Shown: positions 49,588 through 64,000 of the stretch, piece after piece
Position numbering within the stretch: the stretch's first letter is position 1
Layout of the letters: every line of letters begins with the position of its first letter
NCBI RefSeq assembly: GCF_024521635.1
Contig: NW_026250424.1
Location: 248,001 to 312,000 of the forward strand
Source: Tricharina praecox
Taxonomy: Eukaryota
Reading direction: 5' to 3'
Length of the DNA stretch: 64,000 nucleotides
Program-made: the position numbers and the translations under genes
The notes under the pieces: model-generated
Database searches by the model: none
What the model was told of the DNA's origin: nothing
Seen by the model: only the letters and a program-made list of their open reading frames with translations

Positions 49588-52500
49588 GTTGTTGCAGGCG
49601 TTTTTTTTTCCAGCGAAGGGTCAGGCAAGCACGCTTATTTCTGTTTGATATCCACGAAGTTGAGGATCATATTGATTCTCGTCACCAAGACATAGCTTGT
49701 ACACATACTTGGAAGTATACACATGTACACATCACCGCATGTTTCTATTCGCTGCATGTTTGTCCAGTGTTTTAGAACTGCTCAGGCGTTGATGTATCTC
49801 CATGAATATGAATCCATTCTGCCAACGCACTCCAATTCTAGGTTAACTTCCTGTGTACATACCGCAGCAGTGATCATGACCACCGCAATTGCCCAAGCGA
49901 CAGACCGGAATGTGCCATTCGTCCTATGCATCTGGCTGAGCGAGTGAGCGAGTGGGAGTCACAAGCGAAATCTGTCCACCGTAAGCAGGAACCGCTGCAG
50001 ATGTGCCGTCCCCTATGTATGCACGAATAATTGAATCGATCTGCACGCATACAAATGCCTTGCCTTGTTCTGCTGTATGCGTCTGCCGGGAGAACATCTG
50101 CTTCGGGCCACCAGTTACCGAACAGGACAGCGGAAAGACGAATACGATCCCCAACACACGGCCCCCACCACGTCGCCACCCCTCCCCGCCCCTCCCTCCT
50201 CTCCTGCGAACTATTCGGTCCCTTCATGCGATATCACCCGCACAGTTTTTGTAATTGAGACTCGAGAGAGGCGGGGCCAAAAAAACCACCCTCCCCGAAC
50301 GATGGCCTACCTATCCAGCACCTACCTAGGTCCTATTCTAAGAGTCTAAGTACTCTAGTTCGCTAGATAGGTAGAGTAGATCTATGTATAGAACCCTCCC
50401 ACCTGCGAACTTCGAAGTCCCTCAACGATCCGGAGGCGACCCCGGCTGATTAGTATACTTTTTTTTTCTTCTTTCTTCCTCGATGATGATGATGTCATCC
50501 CACGTCCGCGTCTTCCTTCCATCAATCCATGCAAGCCAGAAATGGAAAGATTGCCACCGATTTTGTGGGTTCCGAATGCTTGGTACCGACTGTTTCCTGA
50601 GAGTTGTCTAGGTACCTTGTATGCACGGTATGTAGGTACCAAGCCTTGCGAGCGAGCGAGCGAGCTGCCGGCGACGTGGCACCGACGGGCTGGCTGGCTG
50701 GCTGGCTGACTTGGCTGGCTGGCTGAGGGAGGATTTCGAATTGAAGCTCGATTCCTTCTCCACATAGGTGGGTACTCTACCTAGAGTAGATGCATCGACT
50801 ACTTCTGCGTGCATACATACACACATACGGATGCATATGCAGAGCGTGTTGTACCTCGCCCAGGATGGGAGCGTCTGGGGGCGGCCTGCATGCCGCGTGT
50901 CGGATACCAATGGTTTCCGAGACTCGGGGTCGGTACAGGATCTGTTCCGGTTCCGCTAGGGCCTTAGGAAACGGGCTGTGTTCTGAGTCCACTGGGGGCC
51001 GGGGGCCGGGGCAGCTGAGCTGAGCTGAGTTTTTGCAAACCAGCGGACGGAGCGGGGCCTGATGGGGAGCGCAGATACGGTGATGCTGGTGGTGGTGGTG
51101 GTCGTCGACGTCGTCGTGGTGCTTCGGGGTCTCTGAAACGCCCCTTGCGTGGTCTCCGGGGATTGGGGATTGGGAACGCATGAACGGTATACGGCGATGG
51201 GGGGGCGCAGCAATTGAGTGATTCGTGTTCGTGTTGGGTGGAGGGGTGGATGGGGGTGGATGGGGGGCTAGCAAGGAGTGGGAAAAGCTAGGGGGAAGGT
51301 GCGCGGTTGTTGCGGTTATTGGACGACTTGCGGCGTCTGTCGCTGTTTGTTGGTCGTGGAACTTTGCGGATTTTCGGCACGGATTCAACTGCTTCCGTAG
51401 TTCTAGACCGATTCGTCTGGGGTTTTGGTTCACAGGGCCTGACTAGCAGGGCCTTCCACACATATTCGGACCCTCCCCGCATGTTCGACTCCCTGATTTT
51501 GCGTATGAGTGTTGGCAACATTCCAGGTACAGACATACATCCTGTGGACAACGCTGCGAATTGTGGCCTATCTCCTACAGGCACGGTCTCGGGAAATAGA
51601 GCAGAGCAATGTGCACTATCTACGATGTCTGGTAATTGATGTTCGGTATGGCGCAACTTCCCATTAGGTAGGATTATGCAAACCTAACCCACAATCACGC
51701 CGATGGGAAGTCGCGCCAGTAGGGGGTAGCAAATGCAACTCCGCCGCCATGAGGGTCGATCGATGGGCTGTGGCTGGGATTCATGGATACGATCATTCGG
51801 TTGGTCCCAATTGAAAGTCAACCATGCGAGCGCACGTAGCCGCGGCGAAAGATCATGGACGTGTGTATAGTACCGAGCCCCAAAACTTTATATGAGCGTT
51901 CGTGGTGAGATAATCACGGGCTTGCAATCGGCCGGATCACCCTACCTCACTCACCATTACTAGTACTACCGCCGCAGCCACTTCCGCCGCCCGCCGACTT
52001 GGCTGTCCCCTCGCATGCAGTCAATGATTAAACAAAAATAACAGTAATAATGGCTGTCCCATCGGAAACACAAATAGAGGCACAGAGTATTGCGCACTGT
52101 GAACCGGCGTCGCTTCCTGCTTCTCGGTGACTCCAAAGCTGCCCCCGTGACTGCCCGGCGTCAAGCCTGTTCAGAGCGGTAGTTAGTACAGGTACTACAT
52201 ACCATCACCACCACCACCATCACCACCACCACCACCGCCAACATCACCACCACCACAACCCATGCCGATTTTACCATGTGCATGCTGCCGCAGCTCACGC
52301 CCAGACTCGTTACCCTACTCTAGTGTTCTGTCCGGCCAGCCTTCCGTTCATCATCCGGATCCCGCGGAGTCCGTCGCTCCAGTAGACGATTGTCCGTTTT
52401 CTCGCCCGGCGCTGTGCGTGGGTGTGTGTGCATAGTACCATACTCACATATGTGAACATTTCTATTGTCTAGAAGTGTACAGAAGAACACTTCCGTCTCC

Positions 52501-53143
52501 ATCCGAAGCTCCCAGCCTTCATCTTTAAATCTTTGTTCTGCGCCCGATTCTACTCGGATGTCGCTCCAACCTGTCTCGTCACAATTCCGTCTTCCATTGT
52601 CCTTCTACTACGTTATCCGCCCGCCGCTTCGACACCCAATATCTCACCGGTGTTTCGGCTCCTATCCTTACCCAGATCTCTTCAGCTCTAACGTCGAACC
52701 TCCAACCACTGCCTACACAGCCTGTTTCAGAACGAAAATCCCACTCCACTCTTGCCCCATTCCCATCTGTCCATCTGCTCCCATATTGGCCACTTTTCCC
52801 TTTGAAGCACAGCTGCAGCGGTGCATCACTGCCTCCTGTGGTTGGTCGCTCCTCCGGATCCACGCAACTTCCGCACCTGTGCCGCGCGTCGCCAAACCTG
52901 ACCATCCTCGCACTGTGGGCTGGTATATCAACTATCAACTTCCTACCTAGTTAGCTCGCTCGCTCGAAAACCCCCAGCCCGGCACCCCAGCACAACAACC
53001 ACCACTGCAAACTACCACTGCAACCATAACCCTCCCCCCCCGGCTCGAAACTGTTCCGCGAACGTCATATTTTCTCTTATCCTCCCAACAACGCCCCCCC
53101 AGGGTACTTATAAGTCGACACCCTCCGTTCACTATTTGCATCT

Positions 53144-54496
53144 ATGGGACTTTTCGGACGATCAAAAAACAGCAAGGAACGAAAGGAAGCGCGCAAAACA
53201 CTGAAGCACTTCGAGAAATCACGAGCCTCAAAAATGACCTCTACATCGGACCCGTCGAAAGCCATTCACGAGCTGCAACCTTGTGAGTTCTACTCCACCT
53301 CTCTCATTTTCGTTATCTTAGTGTCTCGTGGAACGAGATTGCGATCCTCTGCACGGAGAATTGGGAGGTGTCTCGCTTCTGCGTCAAACCATCTCCTAGT
53401 GCGTGCATGCGCTCAGCCCGTGCACACAGGGCTGACGAAACGGTTTGTTTTTTGCGAATTCTAGGGCAGGTCAATCAAGAAAAACCACAGCAAGGACTCT
53501 CGTCGCTCTCGCACAAAGATGTCTGGGGACGCGAAATCGGTACGAATTCCTCTTCCCCCGTATCCACGCGAAAAACGGATCATCTCCGGTAACGCGGGTT
53601 TTTGTGTGCGCGAGTTCTAACGTGTGTGTGCTCTGCAGCCGAGCCAGATCTCACAAACCCCACGAGAAGTAGATGGGAACGTCCGCTGGACACGATCAGA
53701 TCCTTCCAGGAGGCGGTCGATAGAGGTTATAGGCGCTCTTACTACGGTGCTGAGGGTGGGAGCCTGCGCACTTGGGGTCGAACACGGTTGGCTAACGGGG
53801 GTTTGCTGTAGATTTGCCGCTGGCTTCGAGTCCTCCGTCGCAGGCCGGACGCAGTGTGCGAAACGACCACCATAGGAACGGAGGAGGCGGAGGCGGACAT
53901 TACGATCACCCACACATGCCCAATCGCATGGGAGGCTCCGGCACACCTATGACAAACAAGTACGACGCTCCCCCTATGACGGATCAAAGTGTTCCCCGGG
54001 TGCTAACGCGCTCTACAGCTCCCACGAGGAATTGGCCTCCTTCGGTGCGATGTCGGGTCGAGTCGCTCTCAACGATAACCTCGTCGCGGGCAGCTCGGCA
54101 ATGCCGGGGCACAACCGGGCACGAGGACATTCTGGCGGCTCGGGCAATGGAGGATACGCCGACACCGGATACGGCGAGTCGGTAAATCACCCCTCACGAG
54201 GAGGTTCGGCAGGGAACGCAGAAGCGCCCTGGAGAGACAACGAAAATTCATGGGGACCTACGAACGGGAACGCATACCCTGTCTCTCCCGGCGGAGCTTC
54301 GAACCACGGCGGCAATCCCTACACAGGCCAGTCCTCGAATCTACCGCCCCAGCAGCAGCAACAGCAACAACACGCACCACAGCCCCCAGCTGTGAGGCCT
54401 GTGATCAGGATGTCGGCTTCGAATCCACCACCACCGCCCGCGGAAGAGGACAAAAAACGAAAGAGCTGGCTCGGGAAACGCTTCAGCAAAAAATAG
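53144..54496 (+). CDS. DUF2406-type fungal protein, five exons, Gly/Pro/Gln-rich tail
   Basis: Spliced DPSKAIHELQP...KDVWGREI.EPDLTNPTRSRWERPLDTIRSF; four GT-AG introns (first 53283-53464); ends KKRKSWLGKRFSKK. Confidence 0.8.
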
Positions 54497-57400
54497 ACGG
54501 GATATCATCTTCTTTTTGTTCATCGTCCACGGCAACCGGGAGTGGGGGTGACTTTGCGGTAATCAGGGGCACATATTTGGAGATTTCATAGATTTCTGGG
54601 AACCTCTACTGGTTTTTTTTCCTCTTTTTTCCTTTTTTTGTTGTTGCACATCGCCGATACCAACATCGATCCGGTCTGTCGGAGCATTTACCTACGTCAG
54701 ATCTGTTTCTACCTCTCTCCATTTTCCCATCGTTTCCTATGTCCTTTCAAGGAGCGGGTTTGGTTTCGGCTTGATTTTTGATTTGGGTTCATGATTTGAT
54801 TTGATGGATGGGTGGAGGGTGGAGTTTGTCTGTTTTCTTGCTTGCTTGGTTTGGTTGGTTGATTGGGTTTTTGTGATGGGTGTGTTGGTGGGTGGTGTGT
54901 ACGATTGACGCTGGAAGCTGAGCTGGTCTATATGTATGTGGAAGCGCCTCACCATTTCATTGATTTCATTGATTTCATTGATTTTGCAGATTTTGGGGAG
55001 GAATGGGATTATGGGATTATGGGATTATGGAATTACTCTACCGGCCGGTATCTACATATGATACTAGTAACTATGCGGGACGGAATTCCTGCCACAATTG
55101 TAACATCTACTATATGTACATACATACAATGTATCTCGGTCCCTGCATCATCATCATACGGTACCATATGTCCATTTGTATGCGGTACAATGCACCTGTA
55201 TGTGCATTGTGGCATGGCATAGTATGGTATGTGTAATCGAATGGGCACGCACGCATTTTGCATTGTACTCGTACATACGGACGCCGTGAAACGGAATTTG
55301 AAACAGCATGTGGGACAAATACAGGCGGAAACACATTACGGGCGTCGGTGGTGGGTGGTGAATAGTGGGCGTCGGCCGGTTGCAGCTCGAGTGGAGATGT
55401 GCATTAGAGATTGGGAAGGGGCGGGGGACGGGGCCCCTGGAGACTTCCGGGGAGATTGAAATGAGGAGATATGATGTATGTATATACGATCGGAAGTTTG
55501 GCGCATGCGGGTTGTCGGTGTTGGTGGTATGCACTGGTACTGGTACCTGATTGGCGGTGCGGCGAATCCGGAATACATACCAGGTAGGAGGGGTGTGACG
55601 GAGGGATGGTGGGATGTTGGGACATGGGGTATCACTCGCATAGGTACAGTGCCGAGGTCGGTCGGTCTTTTGAAATCTTTGCAGGCGAGCGGTACAGTGT
55701 GTGTAAAGAATTGCCATGATTCACCTATGGTCTACCATCGTCTAGATACCAAGCACATGATGTACCGATATGTACCGGTATGTAGGTAGGCCACAAGCAA
55801 TTAATGTCTAAACAACAAAAAAGGCGATATGTCTTTCAGGGGACTACGGTACTGCATTGAGCCGAGCCGACTCTCGGAGCCGAACCGCGGAAGGGATGAG
55901 GAGATGCGTATATTACCATGTCCTAGCATGCGATTGATGATTAGATGAAAAACAACAGCGGTCTATTCTTGGCCAAGTTCCAACAGGGCGCGTCTATGTA
56001 TGGAGCGGCATTCCTGCTATGTACATAATGGTCTGGTCAAGCCAGGGAAGGCGGACGGTGGTTATGTTTGTATGTATGGACCAGCCGACGACCGTGTACG
56101 GGATCTAGGTCTGTCACTAGATCATCGACGGTCACTCGGCTTTGAACTTTCAAATCGTTGCTTCGTTTTACGTCGGCAAGGCGGTGGTTGCGACTTCGAG
56201 ATCCGAGAGCTCTTTGCGGACGAGTGGTACAGCCAGGCCATCTTGGGAATTGATGTGGGCAGGCGGATCTCGGAGGTCGCTGAGGAAGACGCAGCTAGTG
56301 AGGCGTCGGGGTGGGTGTTGAGGAGCGGGAAGAAAGGTAGGCGGAGATGAGGAGGATGAGGAGGAGGAGGAGAAGATAGGGGACGCCGGGGTGAAGGAGG
56401 AGCGGGAGTCCTCCCACAACTGTTCCTCCCTACACCCTCTTGCATGGCATCTCTTGACGAGGAGGCGGAAGGTAGAGAGCAGAGGGCAGGGGAAGCTACG
56501 ACGGGCCACCTGGCGAAAATTGGGTTGGACAGTGGACAAGGAAACGGAGTGTCTAGGTACATTGCCATGACCTGAAAATTGGTGGCTCCGAGAGATGCAC
56601 CAGGCTCCTACGCTTGAAATAGGACTGTATGGGGAAAAGCAGGAGAATTAACTGCTTCTTCGAATCGTTTTTGACGGGCTGGCTACAGCCTGAAAGAGTG
56701 CTCAGCGGGAAGCAGCCCTGCAGAGCTCCTTAGTCATACGACCTGGCCAACACATTAACTGCAGTTATAGGAATGAGCTGGTTGATAGGAGAGAACGGTG
56801 GAGGTGGGATATGGCGATTGAGATCGATTACCGGGGCCCAGGCAATATACAGATTGCACTAGGTGTGGGAACTCAGGACGAACCTAAGCAGGGAGGAGTA
56901 GTTACGGATGATTAAAGGGTGTTCATGATAAAAGTGAGTGGTAGCGAGTAACGTCTAGGTTCAGACGGAGTTTAGGAGCCTCACTCCTGCGCCCAAAATG
57001 GCATATATGGCAACGGGCATGCACGGACGACGTAGCCTTACGTAGTAGTGGTCTGGCACTGGAATTGATCTCGGTCGTCTTCCTCTCCCAGCAACGTCCA
57101 GTTATGCAGTGCCACTCGATCGAGTCTGCTCCAGATATCCACCATTGGTGGCAAAGTAGCATACCGGGAATGGCAGTAGAGTTCGATCCGCGGACAAAAC
57201 TTCTCGAAGAGCATCTGGTGAGAAATTGGCATCGGAAAACCAACAATCCCTCTCAGCATCTCACGATCCAACACCGCTCTTAGCCGATACCTGTGCCGTC
57301 CAGAGCACGCCCTCTGCCGATCTTCGTCTTGCGGTTGGGTCTCCATCCTTGGCAAGGACGCAGCTTATTTCGACGCCCACCACAACTGCTGCTGCGTGGG

Positions 57401-57956
57401 GCTGCCCGAACGAGCTCCAATTGTGGTGCTGGTCCCCCCGCAGCTCAGAATTTGCTCCTGCCTGGTAAACGGACCAGGAAGCATGTAGGGCGGCCTCAGT
57501 ATCGGGGGTCTGGGAGTAGAAGCGGCGATCCGACCAGCAAATCAGAAACCGAAGCAAAAGCACAGGCAAAAGTAAAAGCAAAAGCAAAAAAAACAAAAAA
57601 AAAAATGTAGTCGAAAATGGATGGGAAAAAAAAAGGGCCACACTTTACGCTGCACCGGCTTGCTTTCTCTTGCTGACTTGCCCAAAGGTTGATCTTTCCA
57701 TCCCTGGCACAAAGAACGAAGCCGAAAACGATTGAACGAAAGAAAAAGGTGGGGCTGAACCGTTGCCCCTCCAGTCTTGGCGCACCCACAAACCGAATTT
57801 TTTTCCACAACCCACGCCCACACAAAAGCCTGGCTTCTGTCTTCCTTCGAAAGAGAATCTCCCTCCTCACCTCCCCCCAACACCACCTCTTCCTACTCCT
57901 CCTCTCCCTCCTCACCCTTCTCCACCTCCCCCTACACAAAAAACACATTTGCCAAT

Positions 57957-60278
<2,322 letters not shown>

Positions 60279-60921
60279 ACAACTCATCAATCTCTTTTCT
60301 AATCTTGCTGTTCTGTGTAATTTTTCTTGCGGTTTTTCATTGGGTGTTTCTCCAAAAGTTGTTTCTTCTTTCTGTCCAGGTGCCAGGTGAATCATCTCTT
60401 TTTTTTGGCTGCTGGGTTCGGAAGGTACAATGCGATGACTGGTGGGGACAAACGGGTTGGGTTGGGTTTGGTGTTCTTCGAATACGTTTCTACGATTCCG
60501 GGCTCAAGGAAGGCAAAAGGGTATCTAAACGGTTACGAATTTTCTTGGGCTCCAAAATAGAGATGACTAGCGGTTACTATATCGTGTGCATCCGTGAAGT
60601 GCAAATGGAAGCTCCCGCGTCCGTGTGTGCGCTGTAGATAAGTACTCATGCCGGTGGTTTTCTGTGGCTTTCTGGTAGCGGCGGCGGACGGTGATAATAT
60701 GGCCACGTTTCCAGGGTCCGAGCGTGTAAATGTTGCCCATGTGTCCCGACGGCGGCCATCCCCGCAATGATTGGTGATGAGGTTGGGAAAGGTGAACGAA
60801 CGGGAAAGGGGAATGACGTTGGTTCCGGCTTGGCATTGGCATGAAAGGGACGTGCTGTCTTGTGCGTGAAAATTATTTGGTTCCTTCCTTCTCTCTTCAC
60901 ACACAACAACACATCATCACG

Positions 60922-62514
60922 ATGCCGATTCCCATCTTCGGCGAGGTCTACTACAACGGCCTTGGGGCTGTGCCGGGACTTCTTCCCGTGCTAAAGCTTG
61001 TGCCTTGGCTAGCTGTGCTGTATATCCTCAAACTGTATTTCAACGGCACCTATAACGAGAATGTGCGGGTTATGCATGGCAAGGTCGCCATCGTCACAGT
61101 ACGTCTTACTTCCTTCTTCTGGATGCTGCGGATGAACGCGTTTTAACGGTGATAAAGGGTGGAACATCAGGCATCGGCCGACAAGTAGTGGAGGACCTCG
61201 CCTCACGCGGCACCCAGCTGATCCTCCTCGTCAAAGACACTACCGACATCTTCACTGTGGAGTACATCGAAGACCTCCGCGAGCGCCACGACAACCAGCT
61301 GATCTACGCGGAGCAATGCGACCTCTCGGACCTCTACTCTGTGCGTCAGTTCGCGACAAAGTTCATCGACAGCTCGCCACCCCGCCGTCTCGACATGGTC
61401 GTCTGCTGCGCCGGACTGATGGCGCCGCCGTATACCCCCCGGACCACTACGAAAGACGGGGTGGAGTCGCATCTAGGCATCAACTATCTCTCGCATTTCC
61501 ACCTCTTGAACTTGCTCAGTCCGCTGGTTAGGGTGCAGCCCCCAGATAGGGATGTTAGAATCATCCTGGCGTCGTGCTCTTCGCACATTCTCGGCGAGCT
61601 GGATCTCAACGATCTGCAGTTCCTGCGTAGAAAGTACCCTTCGTCCCGTCCCTGGAAGTGCTACGGCGCAGCAAAGATGGCCGTTATGATCCTTGGAATC
61701 GAGTTGCAGCGCCGCATGGTGGGCTACAAACGCCCCGATGGTGAAAAGACAAACGTTAAGGTCTACAATGTCGATCCCGGAATGGCGAGGACCCCCGGCA
61801 CGATGAGATGGTTGTCGCTGGGAACGCTCTGGGGATTGGCGCTGTACATCATCATGTGGCCCGTCTGGTGGCTCGTGCTCAAGAGCGGTGATGCAGCTGC
61901 GCAGTCGTTCTTGGCCGCTGCGATGAGTAGGGACTATGCCGACAACGAGGGTGGGAAGCTGATCAAGGAGTGTAAAGTCCAAGCGTATGTCTCCCTCTAT
62001 ATCCACTCCAAATTATGCCTCACTAACACCCCGTAGCTACCGCAAACCCGAAATTGCCGATCCCACAGTCGGCAAGCAGCTCTGGGAACTAACCGAGAAG
62101 CTTATCGAAGGGCTCGAGAAAGAATCCGCCAAGAAACGCGCGGCGGCAAAGAAAGCTTCCGGCTCCGTTGAGGAAATCGTCGACGAGGCGGAACAGGATA
62201 AGGAGCTGAAGGAGAAGCTGCGGAAGCGAGCCGCCGAGCAGGCGCGCAAGAAGAAGCTGCTGGACGATCTCATCAAGGAGGAGGAGGCGAAGGGTGCGAT
62301 GTTGGATTTGCCGCCAAAGGTCGTGCCAAAAGCGGCGCCGAGCCCCACACCTGCCCCGGAACTCACGGTACCTGATACCCCCGCGAGGAACACTAGGAGT
62401 AGGAGCAAGACTCCGGCTATAGCCGCCCGCGAGGAGGAGACAAGTCCGATTAGACGCCCGGAGACGTCCGGGACGGCGAAGAGCGCGGCGAAGAGGCGGA
62501 CGAGGAAGGCGTAG
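60922..62514 (+). CDS. Short-chain dehydrogenase/reductase with N-terminal membrane anchor (Pbr1/YNL181W-like); introns about 61099-61157 and 61986-62036
   Basis: MHGKVAIVT|GGTSGIG, IYAEQCDLSDLYSVRQFATKFID.SPPRRLD, NYLSHFHLL, YGAAK, VDPG. Confidence 0.88.
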
Positions 62515-63026
62515 ATGTGGTGTTTCTCTCTGGTTTCTTCTCCCTAGATAGCTGGCTGGGTAGATGGATGAGGGTGCATGGGATGGCGTACATATTTTTG
62601 GGTTGGGTGTGCTTGTTTGCTTGCAATATATTATTATGATAGACTACATGTACGCATCCTGACGAATAGATGACTTGCATGAGCTCCAGAATTGAGGCAG
62701 ATGAGACAGGGTAATGATCCCATCACGTCACGGCCGGCTTATTTTTGAGCCCCATTTTGCGTTACCCCACATGTTCATAATGGGGGGATGAGAGCGCGTG
62801 TGCTTGCTATCTACTCGTGCATAAACGAGGGACCCTGCCGGCCTTGTGTGTGGTTGCTTACTGGCCCACTGAAGACCGTCCTCGCTCTCTCCATCTTCAC
62901 CTCCTCACTGTCTCTCACTCAATTAACTATTGTTTCGTATCCTTTTATCCCTCCTTCAAGCCCTGTTTGATACCCCGGCGCAGTACAAGTTCCCTCAGCT
63001 TGTACCATTTAGATACACCCTTTCAA

Positions 63027-64000
63027 ATGTTAACAATGGATCCTCCCGACGATGCGGACTGGTCCTGCATCTTTGTTCACGCGGGAGCTGGATATCACTC
63101 GCAATCGAATGAGCCACAACATCTCCAAGCGTGTGCATTGTAAGATGCTGCATTCCCTTTGTGCTTGCGGGGGATGAGTGAATGGCTGACAGTCATCTCC
63201 GCAGGGCCTGCAAAGCAGCCATGGCACTCCTTCGAAACGGTGGCTCCGCCGTAGACGGCGTCGAGATGGCTCTTCGAAGCATGGAGGACAACGAGATTAC
63301 CAACGCGGGCTTCGGCAGCAACCTCTCCCTGGACGGAACGGTTGAGTGCGACGCCTCGATCATGGAGGAGAGTGGACGGTCCGGTGCTGTCGGAGCGGTG
63401 GATAGTGGGTCCCCCCCCTCCCCCCCCCCCCCCCCCCCACACACACACGCACACACACACATCACACATCACACGCGTACTGGTACGGGATGGTTGATTG
63501 ATTCCGCGTGTACCCGCCCGCAGGCTTCAAGAATCCGTCGGCGATGGCCCGTCTGATTCTCGACAACAGCCGCCGTCCCATGTCGCTGAAGCGGGTTCCT
63601 CCCATTCTCCTCGCCGGCCCGGGCGCAAAGCTCTACGCCAGCCAGTTCCACTTCCCAATCATTCCCAACGACGAGCTGGTAAGCCACAGCGCACATCAGC
63701 GCTGGCTGAAGTGGAAGCGCGAGCTCGACGGCCCCCGTGGCGCTGGATCTTCCAACTCTCGCTCCCGCAGATCGAGGTCTAGATCCAGGGGTCACACGAG
63801 GAGAGACTCCACGGATACTCAGCGCTCCTCGGTGTCGAATGCTACCGCTAAGGCAGAGGTTAGGGAGGCGGATGCCGTGCCTGAGGATGCGGATGCCGTG
63901 CACGAGGATGCGGATGCCGTGCCCGAGGATGAGGACTTGGTTACGGATACGGTAGGCGCGATCTGTGTTGACCGCTGGGGGAGGGTCGCTGCCGGGAGTA
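63027..64000 (+). CDS. Taspase1-like threonine aspartase (Ntn-hydrolase, asparaginase_2 family), runs off the window end
   Basis: IFVHAGAGYHS, EDNEITNAGFGSNLSLDGTVECDAS, GAVGAV, KNP, RVPPILLAGPGA, autocleavage site TD/TVGAICVD. Confidence 0.9.

Overview
Eukaryotic, intron-containing DNA from a filamentous ascomycete (short GT-AG introns with CTRAC branch points; Pezizomycotina-type proteins; Pezizomycetes is my guess, not demonstrated). About 14 intact genes, mostly housekeeping: flbC-type C2H2 developmental regulator, pyridoxal kinase, UTP23, PRP22, a TM-RING-H2 ligase, cyclophilin H, a conserved hypothetical, an Rcr1-like PPxY membrane protein, a DUF3752/GPALPP protein, VPS8, VPS30/ATG6, a DUF2406 protein, SSB-type Hsp70, a Pbr1-like SDR, plus the 5' part of a taspase-like gene. 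Intergenic DNA is long and rich in microsatellites. The main accessory segment (about 34.2-40.6 kb) holds four related non-autonomous hAT elements: two transposase-tail relics in inverted orientation and two MITEs, three of the four with 8-bp target-site duplications and one with its own empty site preserved 850 bp away. The segment also contains a disrupted membrane-protein gene. No tRNA, rRNA or CRISPR was found. I see no convincing new multi-gene system; the best leads are the hAT/MITE family, a uORF in the flbC leader and several splicing oddities.
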